64,000 bases of DNA from Patescibacteria group bacterium (GTDB lineage Bacteria > Patescibacteriota > Minisyncoccia > Phycocordibacterales > Phycocordibacteraceae). Shown here in pieces: positions 30,167 to 39,579 of this stretch. Each line of letters opens with the position of its first letter. Position 1 is the first letter of the stretch. A model generated the notes under the pieces. That model was not told where the DNA came from. It saw only the letters and a program-made list of their open reading frames with translations, and searched no databases. Both the position numbers and the translations under genes were made by a program. Where the stretch lies: positions 99,399 to 163,398 of the forward strand of contig JACDGK010000002.1 in assembly GCA_013815345.1 (NCBI GenBank). Direction: 5' to 3'.

Positions 30167-32870
30167 ATTTCTTTTTCTTTGCTTTTTTAAGCGCTTTTGC
30201 GAGGTACTCGCCGGTAAAGGAGCCTTCCGTTTCTGCTACTTCTTCCGGCGTACCTTTGGCAATAACCTTGCCACCATGCACGCCCCCCTCAGGGCCGAAG
30301 TCGATTAAATAGTCCGACGACTTTATAACATCGAGGTTGTGTTCAATAACCACGACCGTATTACCGCGTCGCACGAGTTCTTGAAGTATTTCAATAAGTT
30401 TGCGGACATCTTCGTAATGAAGACCCACAGTGGGCTCGTCGAGCAGGTATAACGTTTTCATCGTGATCGGTCGATACAGCTCGGAAGCAATCTTTACGCG
30501 CTGTGCCTCACCTCCCGAAAGTGTTGTGGCACTTTGGCCAAGCGTCAGATACTGCAAGCCAGTCGCGTTCAATGTTTCAAGTCGATCATTAATAGCGGGA
30601 ATATCTTTAAAAAATGTTTCGGCTTCTTCAATGGTCATTTGGAGAATGTCATAAATATTTTTCCCGCGATATGTGACCTCGAGCGTTTCTTTCATAAAAC
30701 GCGTACCATTACACACGTCACATGTTACATATACTGTTGGCAAGAAGTGCATTTCTACTGCAATCACGCCATTTCCCTGACACGCTTCGCAACGACCGCC
30801 GGGGACGTTGAATGAGAAACGTCCAGGCTTCCAGCCTCGGGCGCGAGCTTCAGAGCTCGCGGAAAGTAGATCCCGAATGTGTGTGAACGCTCCCGTATAG
30901 GTAGCAGGGTTCGAACGTGGCGTGCGCCCTATCGCTGACTGATCCATCAGAATGACTCTACCGAGATATTCAGTACCGGTCATTGAGGCTGCATTCACCA
31001 CTTTTGTCTCTCGTTTGCTCATACGTGCGGCGACATTCTTGTGAAGAATGTCGTACAAGAATGTTGACTTACCTGATCCGGAAACACCGGTGATGCACAC
31101 GAGCTTGCCGAGTGGTATATCAATATTTTGATTAACGAGATTATGCAGAGTCGCGCCTCGTATCTTGATCGATCCCTTTTCACTCGTGCGACGCTCTTCA
31201 GGAATAGGAATTTCTTTTTCTCCCCGCAAGTAGGCGAGCGTAACTGAATTACTCTTATTCGTCGGAGCAGTGATCAAATCATCAATCCATCCGGCCGCCA
31301 CAATGTGTCCGCCGTGCACGCCCGCACCAGGACCAATATCCACGATATAGTCTGATGAGAAAATAGTATCTTCATCATGCTCTACGACGAGTATCGTATT
31401 CCCCAACTCTTTCAGCTGAAGCAAAGTCTGGATAAGACGATCATTATCGCGTTGATGAAGACCAATCGTTGGTTCATCGAGTACATACAGCGCACCCACG
31501 AGGCCAGTCCCAAGCTGCGACGCGAGACGAATACGCTGGGCTTCACCACCTGAGAGTGTGGCTGCCGAACGGTTAAGAGTGAGATAGTCGAGACCCACAT
31601 TAAGCATGAAATCGAGACGGTTTTGTATTTCACGTATCATCGGCTGGGCAATCTCCATGCGAAAATCAGACAAGTCAAGTTCGTCCATAAAATCCTTTGC
31701 CTGTCGTATGGAAAGACTGGTGAAGTCCACGATATTCTTTCCAAGGCCGTTGTTATCGTGCGTTTTGTCCTTACCTTTGCCTGACTTTTTGCCTTTTAAA
31801 TATACCCGGAGCGCCTCAGGACGAAGGCGCAAGCCATGACATACGGGACATGGTTCGTCTGAAAAGAAAGACTTCGTACCGAGGCCATTACAGTGTGGAC
31901 AAGCGCCGTAGGGACTGTTGAAAGAAAATAAACGCGGTTCTACCTCAGGAAATGACGTACCATCATCGGGACAAATAAACTTCGAGGAAAGCATTTCGTA
32001 GGTGTCATCCGCATGTTTTATCTTCACAAGCCCGTCGCTTTCCTTTAAGGCGAGCTCCAGGGCCTCTGAAAGTCGCTCGCGGGCTGCATCAGGATTGCGC
32101 ATAAATTCTGAAACAAAGATAGTGTCTACTATCGCCTCAACATCATGCCGTTTGTTGCGATCCATAACGATTTTCTCTCGAAGTGAGTGTGTCTTGCCGT
32201 CTACCACTACTTTCTCAAAACCTTTACCGAGTAGATCATATAAAAGCTGGTAGTATTCCCCCTTCCTCCCGACGACGACTGGTGAGAGTATAGACACGGT
32301 GCTGCGATCAAACTCCACGCCCATGACCTTTCCTGCTGCATCGGTCTTTGGCGATTTCGCTGCAATTTTGTTCGCGATAATCTGTATCATCTCTTCTTTT
32401 GAGAGCTTGCTGATGGCTACATCGTGGTTCACACAGTACGGCTGACCAGCACGTGCGTAGAGCACGCGCAGGTAGTCATATATTTCGGTGACCGTCGCGA
32501 CGGTTGAGCGGGGATTATTCGAGCGGCTTTTCTGGTCGATTGAAATTGCAGGAGAAAGTCCGGTGATTTCGTCGACATCCGGTTTTTGCATCTGATTCAA
32601 GAATTGTCGTGCATACGCAGAGAGCGATTCGATGTAGCGACGCTGTCCCTCAGCGAAAATAGTATCAAAAGCGAGCGAGGATTTTCCGGAGCCGGAAAGT
32701 CCGGTGAGCACCGTCATCACGCCGCGCGGCAGATCGACCGATATATTCTTTAAGTTATGCGTACGGGCTCCTTTCACGCTGATCCAGTCAGCGCCTTGAT
32801 GTTGCTCATGCGAACTTGTTTTCTTTGGCGTAATTTTTTCTTTTTTTATCTTTTCGGGCAGGTTTGGCAT
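30165..32870 (-). CDS. uvrA: excinuclease ABC subunit A
   Basis: 901 aa; two ABC modules ([24 protein letters not shown]; LSGGEAQR x2), zinc-finger Cys clusters. Confidence 0.95.
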   Translation of the reverse strand: MPNLPEKIKKEKITPKKTSSHEQHQGADWISVKGARTHNLKNISVDLPRGVMTVLTGLSGSGKSSLAFDTIFAEGQRRYIESLSAYARQFLNQMQKPDVDEITGLSPAISIDQKSRSNNPRSTVATVTEIYDYLRVLYARAGQPYCVNHDVAISKLSKEEMIQIIANKIAAKSPKTDAAGKVMGVEFDRSTVSILSPVVVGRKGEYYQLLYDLLGKGFEKVVVDGKTHSLREKIVMDRNKRHDVEAIVDTIFVSEFMRNPDAARERLSEALELALKESDGLVKIKHADDTYEMLSSKFICPDDGTSFPEVEPRLFSFNSPYGACPHCNGLGTKSFFSDEPCPVCHGLRLRPEALRVYLKGKKSGKGKDKTHDNNGLGKNIVDFTSLSIRQAKDFMDELDLSDFRMEIAQPMIREIQNRLDFMLNVGLDYLTLNRSAATLSGGEAQRIRLASQLGTGLVGALYVLDEPTIGLHQRDNDRLIQTLLQLKELGNTILVVEHDEDTIFSSDYIVDIGPGAGVHGGHIVAAGWIDDLITAPTNKSNSVTLAYLRGEKEIPIPEERRTSEKGSIKIRGATLHNLVNQNIDIPLGKLVCITGVSGSGKSTFLYDILHKNVAARMSKRETKVVNAASMTGTEYLGRVILMDQSAIGRTPRSNPATYTGAFTHIRDLLSASSEARARGWKPGRFSFNVPGGRCEACQGNGVIAVEMHFLPTVYVTCDVCNGTRFMKETLEVTYRGKNIYDILQMTIEEAETFFKDIPAINDRLETLNATGLQYLTLGQSATTLSGGEAQRVKIASELYRPITMKTLYLLDEPTVGLHYEDVRKLIEILQELVRRGNTVVVIEHNLDVIKSSDYLIDFGPEGGVHGGKVIAKGTPEEVAETEGSFTGEYLAKALKKAKKKK

Positions 32871-32954
32871 GTCGTGATACTCAAATGCCCGGCCCTTGGC
32901 GGGACCGGTACCTATGCAGTATACGCTTCTTTTCGTGAGTTGCGAAGCAAGCTC

Positions 32955-33332
32955 CTAGTGCACGAGCATTGTTTGAATTTTGGCGACGATTTCTTCGATT
33001 GAAACTTCGGCTTTCACTAGGTAGTCAGTCGCTCCTAAGGTTTTCGCACGTTCTTTGTCTTTTTCTTGACCCAGATTTGATACAACGAGTATGGGAACGT
33101 TTTTCAATGTATCGGTACGTTTACGAATTGTTTCGAGTACCGCGAACCCATCCATGGTGGGCAACATGAGATCGAGCAACACGACTGCAGGCTTGTATTG
33201 ATCGAAAAAGGCCAATGCTTCATTACCATCGCTTGCGTACAAAGTCTGATATTTCCCTGCAAATGTATGCCCAAGCAAGTTTTTTAGTATGGGGTCATCC
33301 TCAACTACGAGGATAAAGGTAGTGTCGGTCAT
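32955..33332 (-). CDS. single-domain response regulator (CheY-like receiver only)
   Basis: 125 aa; VVEDDPIL, conserved phospho-acceptor Asp in LLDLMLP, T/K downstream; no output domain. Confidence 0.8.
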   Translation of the reverse strand: MTDTTFILVVEDDPILKNLLGHTFAGKYQTLYASDGNEALAFFDQYKPAVVLLDLMLPTMDGFAVLETIRKRTDTLKNVPILVVSNLGQEKDKERAKTLGATDYLVKAEVSIEEIVAKIQTMLVH

Positions 33333-33349
33333 AAGCGAATTATAGCAAA

Positions 33350-34444
33350 TTATACCACTGGCAGAGTAAGCTCAAAGGTCGTGCCAGGACCCTCAGTATT
33401 GGCCGCAAAAGTGAGGTCACCCCCATGATCGGTGACAATGGTGCGAGCGATATAGAGACCGAGCCCGTTACCTTGATTTTCTTTTGCAATGGCATTCCCA
33501 GCTCGATAAAAACGTTCAAAGATGTTGTTTCGATCCTGGGGAGAAATGCCTATACCAGTGTCCTGCACCCGAATAACGACTATGGTTCTCTCCATTTCAG
33601 AACGAATCTTCACAGTGCCTTCCGCGGGTGTATACCGCAAGGCATTTTCAATAAGGTTATTAAGTACCCATTTAATGCGTTCCCGATCTGCACGAACCAT
33701 GGGCAACGATATTTGAGGAGCTTCATAGTACAGATTCACTTTATTTTTTTGTGCCAATACTGTAAAGTCTCGCACCACTTCTGCAAGTAGCAGTGCGACG
33801 TCAGTTGGTGCAAACGTATATTTATACTTACCGGATTCAATACTCGAGATATCAAGAAGAGTACCTACAATAGCTACCAGATCGTGACTTTTGTCCACCG
33901 CACTTTTTACTAACACTGCTTGATCTTCGGTCAAATTTTCTAATTGTAACGCTTCCAGTGCCCAGCGAATCCCCGTAAGGGGCGTGCGCAACTGATGGGC
34001 TGCAGTGGAAATAAAGTCAGACTTCACTCGTGAGATCTCCATATCACGCGTATGAACTTTTTCGATACTATCGGTAAATCGAAGAAACACATGAGTAAGC
34101 GAGCGGATCTCTGCCATAGAGGAATTAAGGGTGGTAAGCGGCAATTGTGTGTTATGAGCAGCAAACTCATCCATGGCTGCTGCGATCATTTGAAAAGGCC
34201 GAATAGCTATTCGATCAAGAATTAAGAATAGAAAAAGAAAAATCAGTAAGATGAATGTGAAAATTGAGCTCGCTTTAAGCAGCGCTCCGCTCGAAACTAC
34301 CAATGTTTGACCGGCCAGTGAGAAGACAAATGGCGTCGAATGAATGAAATCCTGCACATGGAGCTGATTGAAAAAAAAGATAAACGCGAATATGAGGATC
34401 GAGGATACTCCAAAAAGAGAGATGAGGAGGGCGCGGAGACTCAT
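33350..34444 (-). CDS. sensor histidine kinase (2 TM + HisKA + HATPase_c)
   Basis: H-box ISTAAHQLRTPLTGI, N/G1/G2 boxes (NLIENALRYT, QDTGIGIS, GNGLGLYI). Confidence 0.85.
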   Translation of the reverse strand: MSLRALLISLFGVSSILIFAFIFFFNQLHVQDFIHSTPFVFSLAGQTLVVSSGALLKASSIFTFILLIFLFLFLILDRIAIRPFQMIAAAMDEFAAHNTQLPLTTLNSSMAEIRSLTHVFLRFTDSIEKVHTRDMEISRVKSDFISTAAHQLRTPLTGIRWALEALQLENLTEDQAVLVKSAVDKSHDLVAIVGTLLDISSIESGKYKYTFAPTDVALLLAEVVRDFTVLAQKNKVNLYYEAPQISLPMVRADRERIKWVLNNLIENALRYTPAEGTVKIRSEMERTIVVIRVQDTGIGISPQDRNNIFERFYRAGNAIAKENQGNGLGLYIARTIVTDHGGDLTFAANTEGPGTTFELTLPVV

Positions 34445-34474
34445 AGCTTTATACTATCATTCGTTTTGTGTAGG

Positions 34475-36535
34475 TTATTTCTTTCTGCCTCGGGTGCGAG
34501 TCTTTTTTGTAGGTACCTCTTTTCCCTCGAGAGTGAGGATTTCGTCTCGTATTATCGCTGCCGTTTCAAAGTCCAATTCTTCGACTGCATTTGCCATTTG
34601 ATGACGCTTTTCTTTGAGAAATGTTTCCGGATCTTCTTTATACAAGCGAGCATCCAGCGTGAGCAAAGATTCCACTGTTTTCTGATGCTCACTTCTGAGA
34701 GATTCTGCGATGTCACGAATCTCTTTCTTAATGGTAAGCGGGGTGATACCGTGCTTTTTATTGTACGCAAGCTGAATAGCACGGCGACGATTCGTCTCGC
34801 CGATGGCGCGCTCAAGCGAACCGGTCATATTATCCGCATAGAGGATAACTACCCCGAGTACGTTTCGCGCAGCTCGACCTATAGTCTGAATGAGTGAAGT
34901 CTCAGAACGCAAAAAACCTTCTTTATCAGCATCAAGAATGCCAACTAGCTCGACTTCCGGTAGATCCAGACCTTCACGCAAAAGATTTACTCCTACAAGG
35001 ATATCGAAGACTCCTTTGCGAAAATCAGTGAGAATAAGAATTCGATCAATGGTTTTAATATCGCTATGTAAATATTCGGCCTTTATTCCCTTTTCTCGCA
35101 AGAAACTAGAAAGATCTTCAGCCATCTGCTTGGTGAGAGTGGTGGCGAGCGCACGACCGCCTCGTTTGATAACAATATCTGCCTCGTTAATAAAATCAGC
35201 TACCTGACCTTTGTACGTATCGCTTCCCACAATAGGCCGTATGGAGAGTTCAGGATCGATCAGACCTGTTGGACGAATTATCTGCTCGACAATTTGGCCT
35301 TTCGGCGGCACACTGTGCTCGCGTTCAAACACACCTGGCGTTGCTGAGGTGAATATGACTTGCCCGATTCGTTCTTCGAATTCGTCAAACTTAAGTGGGC
35401 GATTGTCGCGTGCTGAGGGCAAACGGAATCCGTGCTCCACCAACACATCTTTCCGCGACCTATCACCCGCGTACATGCCGCCGATTTGGGAGACAGTAAC
35501 GTGCGACTCATCTAGCACCGTGAGAAAATCAGCCGAACCGTCTTTGTTGTGAGGAAAATAGGAGAGAAGTGTGTGAGGAGCTTCGCCAGGAGCGCGACCA
35601 TCGAAATGCCGTGAGTAATTCTCAATGCCGTTGGTATAACCGACTTCGCGAATCATCGCGAGGTCATGTTGAGTGCGTCGTTTCAGGCGCTCGGATTCTA
35701 AAAGTTTTTCTTCTCTTTTAAACTGGCCCAATCGCTCATCAAGTTCTGCTTGGATATCGGCGATAGCTCTCTTACGCTCGTCTTCATTGGTCACAAAATG
35801 CTTGGCAGGAAATACGAATATTGAGTCCGGCTCAGCTACTTTTGCCCGAGACACGGGATCGAGCTGTTCGATCGTTGCGATATGTGAACCATCAAACGTA
35901 ATACGGTAAATTGCCCGCTCGTTGACCGGCATGAATTCCACTGCGTTCCCCACCGCTCGAATTTGGCCTGGCGAAAGATCAGCATTGGTTCGTTCAAAAT
36001 AAATACCGATAAACTTACGAATGAGAGCAGAACGGTTCTCTTCCCCGCCTTTCAAAAGCTTTACGTGCACCTTCTCATAGTTTGCCGGCGAACCAAGGCC
36101 ATAAATAGCAGAGACTGAGGCCACAATAATCACATCCTTACGGGTTAAGAGCGCCTGCGTCGCGGCATGCCGAAGTCGATCGATTTCCGCGTTAATTTGT
36201 GCCTCTTTTTCAATATACGTATCGGAATGTGCGATGTAGGCCTCTGGCTGGTAGTAGTCGTAATAAGAAACGAAATAATGAACTTGATTTTCAGGAAAAA
36301 ACTCTCGATATTCCTGCGCCAGCTGCGCCGCGAGTGTTTTGTTATGCGCCATCACGAGCGTCGGTTTCTGAATATTGTTAATGACATTCGCGATCGTGTA
36401 GGTCTTTCCCGAACCAGTCACTCCAAGAAGCGTTTGATATTCCAGACCGTCGTTGACTCCTTTAGTGAGTTTTTCTATGGCTTTTGGCTGATCACCGTTT
36501 GGCGGAAAGGGTGAGTGGAGTTTGAAATTACCCAT
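34475..36535 (-). CDS. uvrB: excinuclease ABC subunit B
   Basis: 686 aa; GVTGSGKT Walker A, DESH box, UVR C-terminal motif. Confidence 0.95.
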   Translation of the reverse strand: MGNFKLHSPFPPNGDQPKAIEKLTKGVNDGLEYQTLLGVTGSGKTYTIANVINNIQKPTLVMAHNKTLAAQLAQEYREFFPENQVHYFVSYYDYYQPEAYIAHSDTYIEKEAQINAEIDRLRHAATQALLTRKDVIIVASVSAIYGLGSPANYEKVHVKLLKGGEENRSALIRKFIGIYFERTNADLSPGQIRAVGNAVEFMPVNERAIYRITFDGSHIATIEQLDPVSRAKVAEPDSIFVFPAKHFVTNEDERKRAIADIQAELDERLGQFKREEKLLESERLKRRTQHDLAMIREVGYTNGIENYSRHFDGRAPGEAPHTLLSYFPHNKDGSADFLTVLDESHVTVSQIGGMYAGDRSRKDVLVEHGFRLPSARDNRPLKFDEFEERIGQVIFTSATPGVFEREHSVPPKGQIVEQIIRPTGLIDPELSIRPIVGSDTYKGQVADFINEADIVIKRGGRALATTLTKQMAEDLSSFLREKGIKAEYLHSDIKTIDRILILTDFRKGVFDILVGVNLLREGLDLPEVELVGILDADKEGFLRSETSLIQTIGRAARNVLGVVILYADNMTGSLERAIGETNRRRAIQLAYNKKHGITPLTIKKEIRDIAESLRSEHQKTVESLLTLDARLYKEDPETFLKEKRHQMANAVEELDFETAAIIRDEILTLEGKEVPTKKTRTRGRKK

Positions 36536-37850
36536 AATAGTCTAGTATAAAGCCTTCTCTATATTCTGCGAATCGATTATGTAAAATTGCTTCACGCGCG
36601 CCATCAACAAGACGAATGATAAAGCCGAGATTGTGCATTGAGGCAATTACCTGCCCAAGGAGCTCATGGGAACGCAAAAGGTGTGAGACGTATGCGCGGG
36701 TGAATCCTTCAGTTCCGGGAATGATGGTTTCTGGATCTAAAGACGTGAAGTCATTCGTAAATTTTTCATTGGTAAGATTCAAATTGCCTCGACGAGTATA
36801 AATAGTGCCGTGACGACCGAGGCGCGTCGCCGCCACACAGTCGAAAAGATCGATGCCTTCGGCGATACCCGTAAGAATGTCGCCAGGTTCACCGATACCA
36901 AGAAAGTGCCGTGGCTTCCCTTCGGGCAATTCTTTAATCGCTGCTTGCAAAGCTCCTTCCATATCTTCTTTGCTAAAAGAGCCGCCAATGCCGAAGCCAT
37001 CGAAGTCCATTGAGGCTATTTCTTTTGCGCTTTCGCTCCGCAAATTCTCATGGCGACCTCCTTGTACAATGCCAAATATCGCCTGTTTTCTGTTTGCGTC
37101 TATATTTTGCCGGTGGGCTTTCAAAGAACGTTGTGCCCAGCGATGCGTACGATCCATTGCTTCTTTTTGATACTCATAGGGCTCAGTGGGGGCGGTGCAT
37201 TCATCAAAAGCAAAGAACATATCAGCGCCGAGCGCATGCTGTATCTCAATAGATCGCTCGGGGGTAAAACGATGGAGAGAACCGTCGAGATGCGAAGTAA
37301 AGGTAACGCCTTCGTCGTCGATAATGGCGAGCTGACCATGTTTTGACTGCACATCTTCGTCATACGTGGTGAGGCGCTGATTTTCTTGCTGGTCGTGAGC
37401 GAGTTCTTCGCCTTTGGCGATCTTGGTGATGGTGCGGCCGAAGGCCGCACCGAGCGAGAACACTTGAAAACCACCGGAGTCGGTCATTGTTGGTAGGTAG
37501 GAAACATCATCGACTGGTGAATTGTTATTATCTAACTCATGACGTGTTACTTGTTTCCAATCCATAAACGTTGCAAGACCTCCTGCGGCCTCCACTACTT
37601 TTTCTCCCGGCTGCAGATACAAATGATAGGTATTGGCAAGTACCACTTGGGCACCAATTTTTTGAAGAAGCTCAGGTAAAATTCCCTTGACACTCGCCCG
37701 TGTGCCGACCGGCACGAATGCGGGTGTTTGTATGACACCATGGGGAGTCGTGAGCACAGCAGCACGCGCCGTTCCGGCGCGTGCTGCTACAGCCGCAGAC
37801 TTCTCGCTCGTCTGAATTGAAAAGGAAAAATCAGTCATACGATCATACAA
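36528..37850 (-). CDS. tgt: queuine tRNA-ribosyltransferase (tRNA-guanine transglycosylase)
   Basis: TDSGGFQVFSL (catalytic Asp), GIGEPGDILTGIAEGIDLFDCV; 440 aa; overlaps uvrB by 8 nt. Confidence 0.85.
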   Translation of the reverse strand: MYDRMTDFSFSIQTSEKSAAVAARAGTARAAVLTTPHGVIQTPAFVPVGTRASVKGILPELLQKIGAQVVLANTYHLYLQPGEKVVEAAGGLATFMDWKQVTRHELDNNNSPVDDVSYLPTMTDSGGFQVFSLGAAFGRTITKIAKGEELAHDQQENQRLTTYDEDVQSKHGQLAIIDDEGVTFTSHLDGSLHRFTPERSIEIQHALGADMFFAFDECTAPTEPYEYQKEAMDRTHRWAQRSLKAHRQNIDANRKQAIFGIVQGGRHENLRSESAKEIASMDFDGFGIGGSFSKEDMEGALQAAIKELPEGKPRHFLGIGEPGDILTGIAEGIDLFDCVAATRLGRHGTIYTRRGNLNLTNEKFTNDFTSLDPETIIPGTEGFTRAYVSHLLRSHELLGQVIASMHNLGFIIRLVDGAREAILHNRFAEYREGFILDYYG

Positions 37851-37915
37851 TTTCTATATATTTCCAGCCTACAGGCCGACCGAATTCTAGCAAGTAATCA
37901 AGAACTAGAGGGGAC

Positions 37916-37944
37916 TTGACAGGAATCAACTGCCATGCTATAAG
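37916..37944 (+). promoter_or_regulatory. sigma-70-like promoter (TTGACA-17 nt-TATAAG) for the high-GC lipoprotein gene
   Basis: TTGACA at 37916..37921, 17-nt spacer, TATAAG at 37939..37944, followed by GGAG 9 nt before ATG 38029. Confidence 0.55.
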
Positions 37945-38028
37945 GTATGCAGAGAGCTCTTTTCATCAGGGCCTCCCCCATCAACCACTGCGGCTCACTA
38001 CGTGACCCGCTCATCTGGAGATAACATC

Positions 38029-38592
38029 ATGAAGAGTCTGATTTTGCGTGTTTGCGCGCTTCTGGCCACCTCGGCGAGCCTCACGGCTTGCATGACCGTC
38101 AACGCCTACAAAGGCGTTCCGATGGGAAACTACACTCGGGGGTCGGAAGTTCTGACGCCCGCGAAGATCGCCGACCAAAACGGAAGGGTTCTCCCACGGT
38201 GCAAACTGTGGGCGAAGGAAACCACTCCCTCTCCCGGCAAGCTCGGCGCCGCTATGGCCTTCAATCACGCCCAAGCGGGATTCATCGGCGGAGCCGGTGG
38301 CTATGCTTCCAATGTCGCCATCGTCGGTGCCGCTCTGAATCCTCTGTCGATAGCGGGTGTGGGTGTCGCCAATGCGATCAATGCCGGAGCACAGTCCTAC
38401 GTGTCCGGCAAAGAAAGCGTCTACGCTCAACGCTTCAGTGGGGCGAAGTACTGCCTCATCATGGACATCAACGGCACCCATGCCGTTCCGCCGTCGGAAG
38501 CGAAGCGGATCACCAATGGTCAACAGGCGCCCACGTCCTACGGGGCGCCGGCCGAATGGGGCTCGTCCGCCGTCGTCCCTCCGCCGTCCTAA
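38029..38592 (+). CDS. lipoprotein of unknown function, on a high-GC island (about 60% GC by eye)
   Basis: MKSLILRVCALLATSASLTAC has signal peptide and lipobox L-T-A-C. Strong GC3 bias in this frame; all three frames open, typical of high-GC DNA. The track start 38002 is a GTG; ATG 38029 has a better RBS. Confidence 0.7.
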   Translation: MKSLILRVCALLATSASLTACMTVNAYKGVPMGNYTRGSEVLTPAKIADQNGRVLPRCKLWAKETTPSPGKLGAAMAFNHAQAGFIGGAGGYASNVAIVGAALNPLSIAGVGVANAINAGAQSYVSGKESVYAQRFSGAKYCLIMDINGTHAVPPSEAKRITNGQQAPTSYGAPAEWGSSAVVPPPS

Positions 38593-38623
38593 CTCTTCAC
38601 TGAGTAAGGACCAAAACACCTCG

Positions 38624-38659
38624 CCTGCAGCATTCTACATGCTGCAGGCGATTCTTTTT
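38624..38659 (+). terminator. rho-independent terminator (10-bp stem CCTGCAGCAT/ATGCTGCAGG, 5-nt loop, then CGATTCTTTTT)
   Basis: Hand-paired perfect 10-bp stem directly after the lipoprotein stop. Confidence 0.75.
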
Positions 38660-38666
38660 ATATACC

Positions 38667-39239
38667 TTAAGGTGTCTGAACGTTTACAAGCTCGACATCA
38701 AACACGAGCGTCGAATTCGCTGGGATCGGTCCTGTCGCCTGTGCGCCGTAGCCTAGAGAGGCGGGAATGATGAGCTCACGCTTTCCTCCTACTTTCATAC
38801 CCGCGACACCTTCGTCCCATCCTTTTATGACTTGTCCCGCTCCCAGAGTAAATGTAAATCCCTGCGAACCGTGATTTGCAGAAGCATCAAATACGCTGCC
38901 ATCAGTGAGCATGCCGACATACTGCACGGTGACCTTGTCACCTGCTTTCGCAACTGCTCCCGTTCCCACTGTCTTGTCAGCCACCATAAGCTGCGTAACA
39001 TTCTGAGGAATTTGAGAGGTAGTGGAAGTCGCATTTGGAGTGCCCGGAACACCTGCGACAGCTCCTGTCGCTGACACTGAATTAGTATCTTGCATAACTG
39101 TTGTGGTTGAGGTTGATGAAGCGGTTAAAGATGGATTTTTGCTGGTGAATGGTGCAAATATTTGTGGCCCAAAAAATAGAAGACCTATTGCAACGATGAC
39201 CGCAGCAGCGACGGCAATTCCGGTGGCAGTAACATTCAT
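38667..39239 (-). CDS. FKBP-type peptidyl-prolyl cis-trans isomerase, membrane-anchored/secreted
   Basis: N-terminal TM; VQYVGMLTDGSVFDAS...FTLGAGQVIKGWDEGVAGMKVGGKRELIIPASLGYG is the FKBP domain signature. Confidence 0.85.
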   Translation of the reverse strand: MNVTATGIAVAAAVIVAIGLLFFGPQIFAPFTSKNPSLTASSTSTTTVMQDTNSVSATGAVAGVPGTPNATSTTSQIPQNVTQLMVADKTVGTGAVAKAGDKVTVQYVGMLTDGSVFDASANHGSQGFTFTLGAGQVIKGWDEGVAGMKVGGKRELIIPASLGYGAQATGPIPANSTLVFDVELVNVQTP

Positions 39240-39261
39240 ACGTGGTTAGTTATGGCTAGTA

Positions 39262-39564
39262 TTACGTGGTCACCGCTAGTATATCATCTGTAAGTTCAGC
39301 AAGTGTCTCGGTGACGGCGCTGTCTGCATCGGGCACATTCTTCTGTATAAAAGCTTCCATGACATCTTCAGAGGGGTCGGTAGCAAGGAGCGAATCGAAT
39401 TCCTCTCGTATTCGTGCTGGCATACGTTCGATAAGTCGTATGAGCGTACCTTTGAAGACGAGATCATTGAGATCAAGCAAAATTTCTTCCTGCTCCTCTG
39501 GCTCAAGCTCACTTAGATTAAGAGCGTCCAATATTTTTGTGTAAGTGGTGGAGTCAGTAGACAT
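39262..39564 (-). CDS. small acidic hypothetical protein (100 aa)
   Basis: Highly acidic helical ORF 15 nt downstream of the 1091-aa protein, same strand. Confidence 0.4.
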   Translation of the reverse strand: MSTDSTTYTKILDALNLSELEPEEQEEILLDLNDLVFKGTLIRLIERMPARIREEFDSLLATDPSEDVMEAFIQKNVPDADSAVTETLAELTDDILAVTT

Positions 39565-39579
39565 ACAAATAGAGTAGCA

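Noticed and set aside
38002-38028. GTG start at 38002 for the high-GC lipoprotein (track ORF MTRSSGDNIMKSL...)
   Set aside because: ATG at 38029 has a GGAG 9 nt upstream and starts directly with the signal peptide; the upstream codons overlap that RBS.
38011-38619. Two additional long ORFs (38011..38619 minus, 38052..38603 plus) overlapping the lipoprotein gene
   Set aside because: Typical spurious open frames in high-GC DNA; only the 38029..38592 plus frame shows GC3 bias and a signal peptide.
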